A stretch of DNA of 64,000 bases, from assembly GCA_976226885.1 (NCBI GenBank), contig OZ320316.1, forward strand, positions 81,716,001 to 81,780,000, given 5' to 3'. Shown here piece by piece: positions 12,001 through 19,917 of the stretch; the first letter of the stretch is position 1, and each line of letters begins with the position of its first letter. A model generated the notes under the pieces. The model had not been told where the DNA came from. It was given only the letters and a program-made list of their open reading frames with translations, and searched no databases. Both the position numbers and the translations under genes were made by a program. The stretch is from Iphione sp. A-MEVVRFRX5. Taxonomy: Eukaryota.

Positions 12001-13929
12001 TGCATTAATGAACTACCACTTTATTGCGTACTGGTGCATTAATGCACTATACATGTACTGGAATGTGAAGATAAGGCTTCAAAATGCAGAAATAAATCAA
12101 ACATGTGCCTTTTTTGAACTCAAAGTATTTGAGAATACTCTGCATTAACTAGTTATTAGGAAGTGTATGTTTGGAGGACTAAATATGATTTTAAAGACTC
12201 TCTCAAAACCTGATACAGATAATATGCTCTCATCAAGAGTACGATTGACGATTTACCATTCAGCATTTTTAAATGTGTAGGAGGTTCTATGGCTTTTCAG
12301 TTGATTTCCTTTAGGAATATGGTATGTATTTAATACAGGTATGCGCGACTTTTCTCGAAATTTAAACCATCAAGAACGACAAGGTCCCAGAACGAAAGAT
12401 GATATGTGTCATGCAAAAAACATTGTCATTTCATTGATTTTTGTTTCACGTCACATATCAAATAACTGCCCCTTCGTGCTTTCTGGTGAGCCTTGCACAG
12501 AAGTTTACAAAGTTGTATCTAGCCTTGTTTTTCATCAAACTAAGCACACAAACATTATGGTAAGGGACAATTGTGCATCTCAGGGATAGGATTATCGTAG
12601 CACTCGTAACTGTACACATCAAAATAATTTTAGCCCTGGCTTTTAAGGATTATGATAGTCTAGGTCCACTTACAGAACATTCCATTACCGAATAATTGGA
12701 ACAGTATCAATCCAGTTTAAAATCCAGGTGCACATTATTCTGCCCGTAGTGATAACGATAAATGTTGATTTGATCTCCATTAACATCACTAAGAGGTTAA
12801 GATGACAATATCATATATCAAAATGTATTCCGGCGCCATTTTCGCCGTCGTTTTGGTTTTCTAACAACAAAAATTTGGGGGGGAAACAAAGTAAGGCTTC
12901 GTAAAATGTAATGACTCACAGTTTTGCCTTCCTTTAGTTTTGAAACTGGAGGGTGATAATGAACAACGTGTTGTCTGTACAAAAAAAGTCCTGTTCTTCC
13001 ATTGCGTGATTGGCATGTGTCTCTTCGCTGGAACAGACGAGGCCTTTCACACTGTAGCTGTTGGAACCTGTCTTCAGCTGTAAAAGGTTCTCACATGCGA
13101 TGTCCAAGGTTCTGTGGACGATAAATCAAGAAAAAACTATTGTGATTATTGCCTCATACCAAATGAAGTATCGTAGTCGTATTTCATTGCCTCTTCGAAA
13201 GGTTTGAGTTGCCTTTAGATGTACTCCAGTTTGTAGCCAGTGATCTCCTTTCACTTGTCTACATGACTCACTTCGACCTGATGCTTGATAGTGGGAGTTC
13301 TAGAAGGTGCTACTCAACAGATGCCCACCTATAAATAGACAGCGACCTTTTGAAAAGTACTAATCTAAAGGAACGTATCGTCACTTCAGGCAAACATGTC
13401 ACTATCTGGTTAACTTGGAGCCACAAGATTAACCCAAAAGATTACTTCTTGCTCAAACAGTCATTTTGATCCCTAATACATTTCTTTCAGGAAGCTTACC
13501 TGTCTCTTTTGTGGAGTAGGATCAATTATACGCTGTTACTTTATAATCGTTTTTGATATATGCACACAGGTCTTTGGGGTTTAACATTTTAACAGTTGGA
13601 GTAAATGCCGCATTAAAACTTCTGTCAAACGTCATTCACATCATGAACATAGACCATAGCATTTCGTATCAATAATGCCTTATATATTAGCTGGAACAGC
13701 AATGATAATATGATTGTCCCGTACGTTTCCTTTGTATTTATGCAAGTTATCATGATACTGAAGCCCGAGATGTGCAGTAAAAATAAAGTAATGAACACTC
13801 TGTGGTTAAATATACATTGGCGACATTTTTGGTTTGAAAGTGTTTATTGAGCACACCCGTCACATATTGAATACATGTTATTATTGAGTAGCACTCCATG
13901 TTCACAACAATTCCATACATCTCAGGCAG

Positions 13930-16719
13930 CTACTTTGACAAGATATTGCATTTTAAATAGTTTTTAACAATCGTTCTCTTTTGATTGACTATTCTGCCAG
14001 GCAAGCTATTCCATTTTGATGTTGCTTGGTAGATGAAACTTCTTCTGTATTTTTCACTTTTCGGCTTCGGGATATATAGTTGTACCTCTGTACCAGCTCT
14101 TGTTCTAGTCCGCTTTCTTGTCTGACAAAAAGATAAATTATACATGTCAGTTACTAACATCATTGATAGGTAAAGCATTCTTTTATCTAACCTGAATATT
14201 CTTTTCTTAGTTAACCATTCTTCTATCTCTTTGGTCGATACAAATTTATTTAGCACACTCACCCTTATACCCCGATACCATACCCTATTCAGCTTTTGTA
14301 AATCAGTCGACCTGGCTGATAGAAGTAAACCCAGTCCGAAATCCACATGTGGTTGAACAAATGCCAGAAAGAATTTTCCTCTCAAAGACAGGTTTAACTC
14401 TCGTTTGCACCTACCCAATAGATGACTAACTGTATTTATTCTCTTTAACTTGTCTTCAATAAAGGGCCTAAATGTCAATTTTGAGTCAAGTCTATAGCCT
14501 AAAAATTTGAATTCCTTTACGTTTCCTAGGTCTACACCATCTAACTTTACATCCAACCTAAATCCTTCAGCTCGACCAAAACACATTATTTTAGATTTTT
14601 GTTTATTAAAAACTAAGCCATTAGTCTTACACCAGTCACCAATTCTATTCACAGAGTATTGCAACTTCTGCCTAAGGGCCCATGCACTCGATGCTGAGGC
14701 CACTACTGTTATATCATCAGCGTACACTATCAATTCACATGGCTTTGCTACATCAAAAATATCGTTTATAGCTATGATGAACAATAGTGGCCCCAGCACC
14801 GATCCCTGCGGTACACCAATGGAGACAGGTAGCGGATCGGATATTCTATTGTTGCACTTCACACATTGAGATCTTCCAGTCAAATATGATGTTACCCAAT
14901 TTAGAATACTGTCCCCGAATCCATAGTTTTTCAGTTTACGTATTAATAAGTCATGCTGTATCATATCGAAAGCTTTCGACATATCTAAAAAAGCCCCTGC
15001 TACATATTTCCCCAAATTAATTTGTTCATAGATGTCCCTTAGTAATACCGCACTTGCTAGTCCCGTCCCTCTCTGCCTTCTAAAACCGAACTGGTTTTTG
15101 TTAAATATTTCCTGCTCCTCCATGTATTGATAAAGTTGATCAAAGACAATTTTTTCCAGCAGTTTACTGGGAGCCGGCAGTATAGTGACGGGCCTATAGT
15201 TGCTAGCTTCAGCTCTGTTGCCCTTCTTGTATAATGGAACGACCTCTCCCTTCTTCCAATCCTCGGGAATGACACTACTCCTCAAGGATAGATTAAGCAA
15301 TTCCGTGAAAAAATAACCAGTGCATTTAAGGGCTGCTTGTAATAACCTCATAGAGATACCCCTTATTCCCGATGGCTTATTTAATTTTAACTTGCTAATT
15401 AACTTGAAAACTGCTGAATAATGTACTTCTTCAAATTTTAACAACCCTGTTTGTACATGTTCACCCACATCAGCTATTAATTGTGCCGGTACAGACATTT
15501 TCTTAATTGTCTCCACAAATACGGTGTTCATTATATTTGGTACCTCCGAACTATCCACTATCGTACCCTGATACTTTATCGTTAATTCTTGTCCACTAGT
15601 TTGAGTCTTCCCAAATGCTAATTGGTTAATAAAACCCCACAATTTACGATCATTTCCCTCAAATTGTTCAAATTTTGCTCTAATTAATTCTCTACGCTCT
15701 GTTTTGATTAAACTATTAGTAGTATTGCGATAAAAGGCCCAAATTCTTTTGTAATCCACATTGCCAGTTGTTATCCACTTTTTCCGATAATAATCACGTT
15801 CTTTCTTAACCTGATAGATTTTATCACTACCACCACCCCTACGTAATATAGGGCCCTCCCGTTGTACCCAGGGACACAAGCTATCTAACACTTTTGTGAC
15901 ATTACTGACCCATAGTCCCCAACACTCATCCACTGTCATCTTCTTGTCCCAACTCCAATCACATTCATCCAGTTTCTCTTTTAGTTTATAAAACGAATAG
16001 TTGGTCATGTCTCTTGCCAAATAACTTTTTACCCTCTTCCTATGGGACTGCTTCTTATAATTCACATAGATTAGTAGGTGGTCGCTGCTTCCTTGATATA
16101 TCACCCCCCCACTATGATACTCAGTCGGTGAAACATATAGATGATCGAGACATGCTAATTTATCATGGGTTGACTGATTTATTATTTGAGTTAACCCTAA
16201 ATCCATAGAGAAATCCTTACAATGCCTTTGGTCCTTATTTCTTTTTAACCAGTTTACATTAAAATCTCCAAATATAGTCACGTTCATTTTGCCAAACTTG
16301 TTTATTATTTTTACATTATTTTTAATATCACTCAGCAAAAGTTCAAGATTCCCATTTGGGGGTCTGTAAATCAGGTAAACTATATGCATTTTTCGATTCC
16401 CAGGTTTTATTTTGACACAGATCACCTCCCCGTGTTGATCCATTCTACACCCTTCACTGATAGTCTCAGAGTAGAAGTCGTCTCTTACATACATCAAGAC
16501 ACCTCCTCCACGCTTCTTACCAATTCTTACATAGTCTCTGTCCAACCTATGACATCTAAAACCCCCCATTCCTACCATATCATCCGGGAAAATATCCGAT
16601 AACCATGTCTCACAAATCCCCATGACATCTATTCCCTTACATTTTAAAATACCCGAAATTTCATCCAGCTTGCCTAACATGCTCCTGCAATTCCACATCG
16701 CCATTCGAAAATACTTCAT
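13930..16719 (-). CDS. LINE ORF2: apurinic-type endonuclease + reverse transcriptase (929 aa from first ATG), no C-terminal zinc knuckle
   Basis: EN motifs: WNCRS, GICETWL, YRPP, GDFN, LDHLY, SDH. RT motifs: NYRPVTILPAPSKLLEK, QFGFR, FLDMSKAFD, GVPQGSVLGPLLF, YADD, FLG. The C-terminus YIPKPKSEKYRRSFIYQATSKWNSLP is typical of the CR1/L2 group. The track start at 16725 is a TTG; the first ATG is at 16719. Confidence 0.97.
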   Translation of the reverse strand: MKYFRMAMWNCRSMLGKLDEISGILKCKGIDVMGICETWLSDIFPDDMVGMGGFRCHRLDRDYVRIGKKRGGGVLMYVRDDFYSETISEGCRMDQHGEVICVKIKPGNRKMHIVYLIYRPPNGNLELLLSDIKNNVKIINKFGKMNVTIFGDFNVNWLKRNKDQRHCKDFSMDLGLTQIINQSTHDKLACLDHLYVSPTEYHSGGVIYQGSSDHLLIYVNYKKQSHRKRVKSYLARDMTNYSFYKLKEKLDECDWSWDKKMTVDECWGLWVSNVTKVLDSLCPWVQREGPILRRGGGSDKIYQVKKERDYYRKKWITTGNVDYKRIWAFYRNTTNSLIKTERRELIRAKFEQFEGNDRKLWGFINQLAFGKTQTSGQELTIKYQGTIVDSSEVPNIMNTVFVETIKKMSVPAQLIADVGEHVQTGLLKFEEVHYSAVFKLISKLKLNKPSGIRGISMRLLQAALKCTGYFFTELLNLSLRSSVIPEDWKKGEVVPLYKKGNRAEASNYRPVTILPAPSKLLEKIVFDQLYQYMEEQEIFNKNQFGFRRQRGTGLASAVLLRDIYEQINLGKYVAGAFLDMSKAFDMIQHDLLIRKLKNYGFGDSILNWVTSYLTGRSQCVKCNNRISDPLPVSIGVPQGSVLGPLLFIIAINDIFDVAKPCELIVYADDITVVASASSAWALRQKLQYSVNRIGDWCKTNGLVFNKQKSKIMCFGRAEGFRLDVKLDGVDLGNVKEFKFLGYRLDSKLTFRPFIEDKLKRINTVSHLLGRCKRELNLSLRGKFFLAFVQPHVDFGLGLLLSARSTDLQKLNRVWYRGIRVSVLNKFVSTKEIEEWLTKKRIFRLDKRMLYLSMMLVTDMYNLSFCQTRKRTRTRAGTEVQLYIPKPKSEKYRRSFIYQATSKWNSLPGRIVNQKRTIVKNYLKCNILSK

Positions 16720-16877
16720 AGTCAATTTTGTATTTAGTAAAACGACAGTATGAAACGGGGGGCTCCAAGAAAAAACAGATAAACTAAATTCTTTTAATTA
16801 AGAATAACACACCTTACCTATTCAACACCACACCTATTCAACATAGAATCCGTGAACAATAATGGGAATAATACTTA

Positions 16878-17516
16878 CTACAACTGGCCAAACATGATTG
16901 CTATAGCAGATTCAATGCTATGCGCCCAGTCCCTCAGTACCCAGCCATCAGGGTGACATCCATCGTATAGATGCTGATACCTGCATCTAAAACGTTTCCC
17001 ACACCAACTATGCACTGGGAGTGCTGTTGTCGGAGTGTAGATGTTGCTCTGAATATTCAGATCTCTGAAAACATCATTAACAATAACAACCGTATCTGTT
17101 AACAGGCTTTGAAAACTATTCGATGCGGTTTCAGGACTGTACTGAAATAGATTAATACCACTAATAGGCATATACCCAAAGCGCATCTCCGAACCTCGAT
17201 TTCTTATGCGTGCTTTAAGCTCGGAGTGAAATGCTCGTAGCCATAAAGACCACATATTCGGATCATCATGAATAATAGTTAGTTGCTTAGTCACAGGGTC
17301 CCGCTTACAGAGATTATTTATCCCAAGAAATAGGTACAATAAATCATACATGATGACATTTAAGTTGTCCACATTATTCAGAACCCAGTCTAATTTTGCA
17401 CCCGGTTGAAATACCACATCTATATATATATCACGCTGTTGAAACCAATAGTGATCAATATATTGACTTAACATTCTACCCCGGGAATCTGATACAATCA
17501 GTACTCTATAGACCAT
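16878..17516 (-). CDS. Stand-alone SGNH/GDSL-type hydrolase (esterase), 212 aa, middle ORF of the LINE
   Basis: Block I LIVSDSRG (nucleophile Ser), block II PGAK, block III LFLGINN and block V YDGCHP (DxxH). True ATG at 17516; separated from ORF1 and ORF2 by non-coding spacers. Confidence 0.88.
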   Translation of the reverse strand: MVYRVLIVSDSRGRMLSQYIDHYWFQQRDIYIDVVFQPGAKLDWVLNNVDNLNVIMYDLLYLFLGINNLCKRDPVTKQLTIIHDDPNMWSLWLRAFHSELKARIRNRGSEMRFGYMPISGINLFQYSPETASNSFQSLLTDTVVIVNDVFRDLNIQSNIYTPTTALPVHSWCGKRFRCRYQHLYDGCHPDGWVLRDWAHSIESAIAIMFGQL

Positions 17517-17886
17517 TGTCTACACTTTTCAGTTTATATTCCAGTCTTCTACTTTTAACAATATCCCGTGTGGGCAGACAGTTGCCCTACACTATATCCG
17601 GTCGTGCCAGGTTTTCAGACGTATACAACTCCACCTCCAGTCATGGACACGTGTAGTCTGTTTAAACATAATACAGAAAGATAAGCAGCGATCCTATTAA
17701 TAATAACATAACATCTATTTGCGACAGTAACAAAATCACCGCTCCATTACTCAAGGCAATGAGACACTATAGCCAAACATCTTAATATTTCCAGGTGACT
17801 CAACATATGGTCTAATACTAATGTAATAATGATAATACATAGTCCTCCTTGTCACCGTCAGCGTATATCCCTGTATGTAAGTCCAT

Positions 17887-18007
17887 GGGTAGACACTTAC
17901 TCCATGGGATATGTACTATAAATATAGATTACAACTCGGGTAGACACTTACCGCAGAGCAGTAGAATATAATACAAAAAGATTCACTCTCGGGTAGACAC
18001 TTACCGC
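17887..18007 (-). repeat. Three ~52-bp diverged units with conserved core GTAAGTGTCTACCC (sense of the LINE)
   Basis: gggtagacacttac at 17887, 17938 and ~17991 on the + strand; the intervening sequences share tataa...agatt.ca.ctc. Confidence 0.85.
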
Positions 18008-18105
18008 TGAGGGAATAACCAGAATATCCTTATCAGTCACCTAGCACGACACCCACCAATCGGCCCGTCAGAAAATTCCTGTAAAGAGAACAATATTACA
18101 GAGAA

Positions 18106-19851
18106 TTAGATAAAGCCACGAATCATTTCCAACATCCGACCATACTCATTCTCTCCTGGATAGTCTGTGCTGTCTAGTGTTTTGTCCCAGTAGGCCTTAC
18201 CAGCGCCCCACCACTTATCTTTCGAAGCAAGTATCAGGGACATATCCCCAGTACCTTTGAGTGCCGCTGCTGCTAACTTGTTTTGCTGGAATTTCGCAGT
18301 CAGTCCCACACGAAGTGTCATGCGAGATAACTGGTCCCAGTCCTTGGTAGGTTTACACGTGTTTCCTAATGTTCTTGCTCTTCGTGGATTCTCCTCCAAT
18401 AAAATTCGATGTCGAAGACCCTCGTCCCCACACACTCTCGCTCGTTCAGCTTGAAAATGGTGTTCCGTGGTCTCAAATCGTTCGCCCCTGACCACAAATG
18501 GTGTCCGGGAGAAACTAGAGAGCTGCGTGTGCTCTTCTCGAATTACCACTGCAGACTGCACTTCTTTACAGCACGCCTTGTCAATATTCAAATTTTCCGG
18601 CAAACAGTCCAGCCTATCATACGAATACTCGACCCCGTCGACTCGCAGATTCAGACCACGCACCATGGCCTTGCTACCCTGCCCCCTTGCCAGGTCCGCA
18701 ATCATATGCAGATTTCGGTGCCGGTCCTTCAGACTTTCCGGGATGTCCTCTTTTAGAAACACCCTCTTCAGTGCCTCGATCTTACGTAACTGGCTTCGGC
18801 GTGAAAACAGGCTGTTCCTAGCTTCTATGCAGGAAAATCGAACCAGAATAGGTCGTGGTCTATTCATAGGCCTGCCCAGTCTTGTTGCCGACAGTATCGC
18901 ATCCGGACCCAAGTTCGAGTCAATTTTGCAGAATATACCACTGATCAAGTCCCATGTTGTCATCGATTCCTCCTCTTTCAAGTTTTCAACAATTAAGTTT
19001 TGCCTTCTTGCATCAATTTCCATCGTTTCCACTTTGTGCTTCAGACTGTCATTTTCCTGTTCTAACACATGCACCCTTGAATTCAGAATTTGACCAACAC
19101 CCGTTAGATCTTTTATTTTTGCAGTTACATCGGATTTCCATGCCTTATCAGCTGTCATCATTTTGTTTAATGATTCGACTAGGGTTTCAGTTTTCGTCCC
19201 AATCAGAGTCACCTTCTTATCCAATGACCCTAGCTTCTGACCAAGGTCAGAGCTGGTTTCAAGGCTCGTCTGCACAGATTTTAATGAATTCTTTATCTCC
19301 ATCTGAGCACGAAAAACACATATCAACGCTTCCCGAATATCCATATTAACTATATCTTCCTCAGTAATCTCGTTAGAGGGGTCAGTATTCGGCAATGGTA
19401 CTTCGGGGTCTGGTAATGTCGACTCAGATGGCCCTACTGGCATAACAGGAGACATTGGGATAGAGGTGCTGATATTTAATAACACAGAGTCAGTATTGTC
19501 CAACATACCTGTATCAATTTGGTCATCAGGCACCTCAGTTGCCCTCGGGGGAAGTGGCGATATCCCTGAACGCTGCCCCTCAGTAAGTGCATGCACCAGC
19601 GCAGACATTACTTGGATCGCCTCTTGTCCTATGGGACTGGTGCTATTAATAGTACCGTCCACCGCTCCTTTTCCACCCGCACCCGGCTGAGGTAACTCAA
19701 CGTCGACGTTGTGGGCTTCATTTCTTGTTTCTCCTCCATTTTCCGGTATTTGACTATTCAATGAGTTCCCTTTTCCAGGTAAAGACGACTTGTCAGACCT
19801 GGTTGTCATTTGGTGCGTCGGTTGCGTTGGTTGACGGCCTTTAAATGGCAT
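18106..19851 (-). CDS. LINE ORF1: low-complexity N-terminus + coiled coil + L1/Transposase_22-type RRM-CTD + C-terminal NADAR (YbiA-like) domain (~581 aa from ATG 19851)
   Basis: Heptad region LKSVQTSLE...VLEQENDSLKHKVETMEIDARRQNLIVENLKE. RRM signature RLG...RPRPILVRF...RNSLF, then VFLKED and a CTD (LRVDGVEY). NADAR at 18106-18537: LSSF..TPFVVRGERFETTEHHFQAER, ARTLG, DW, AKFQQN, LKGTG, DKWWGAG, GENEYGRMLEMIR. The track start at 19977 probably lies outside the element. Confidence 0.9.
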   Translation of the reverse strand: MPFKGRQPTQPTHQMTTRSDKSSLPGKGNSLNSQIPENGGETRNEAHNVDVELPQPGAGGKGAVDGTINSTSPIGQEAIQVMSALVHALTEGQRSGISPLPPRATEVPDDQIDTGMLDNTDSVLLNISTSIPMSPVMPVGPSESTLPDPEVPLPNTDPSNEITEEDIVNMDIREALICVFRAQMEIKNSLKSVQTSLETSSDLGQKLGSLDKKVTLIGTKTETLVESLNKMMTADKAWKSDVTAKIKDLTGVGQILNSRVHVLEQENDSLKHKVETMEIDARRQNLIVENLKEEESMTTWDLISGIFCKIDSNLGPDAILSATRLGRPMNRPRPILVRFSCIEARNSLFSRRSQLRKIEALKRVFLKEDIPESLKDRHRNLHMIADLARGQGSKAMVRGLNLRVDGVEYSYDRLDCLPENLNIDKACCKEVQSAVVIREEHTQLSSFSRTPFVVRGERFETTEHHFQAERARVCGDEGLRHRILLEENPRRARTLGNTCKPTKDWDQLSRMTLRVGLTAKFQQNKLAAAALKGTGDMSLILASKDKWWGAGKAYWDKTLDSTDYPGENEYGRMLEMIRGFI

Positions 19852-19898
19852 TTTCCTTTGATTTTTCTTGGAGCCACCGAGTTCACGTCTACTCACTA

Positions 19899-19917
19899 GC
19901 CGCCATCTTATGCAAAT
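19899..19917 (-). promoter_or_regulatory. Candidate internal promoter/start of the LINE: YY1-like AAGATGGCGGC abutting an octamer ATTTGCAT
   Basis: The sense strand reads aaATTTGCATAAGATGGCGGCtag ~50 nt upstream of the ORF1 ATG. YY1 sites at the 5' end are established for L1 internal promoters; function here is inferred. Confidence 0.45.

Larger units (their letters stand above)
13826..19912 (-). mobile_element. Apparently full-length, intact three-ORF CR1/L2-group non-LTR retrotransposon (ORF1-NADAR / SGNH / APE-RT)
   Basis: Three co-oriented stop-free ORFs with an A-rich sense strand. A short 3' UTR has AATAAA at ~13845-13850 followed by ctttcaaaccaaaaa. A YY1-like AAGATGGCGGC marks the inferred 5' end. 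No clear target-site duplication was found, so both boundaries are approximate. Confidence 0.9.

Noticed and set aside
17887-18004. CRISPR-like repeat-spacer appearance
   Set aside because: Eukaryotic context, only three 14-nt repeats, spacers similar to each other and no cas genes. It is a diverged tandem repeat.
18467-19093. 208-aa plus-strand ORF antisense to LINE ORF1 (also 18409-18756, 18954-19349 and 14507-14869)
   Set aside because: No recognisable motifs; best explained as shadow ORFs opposite real coding sequence.
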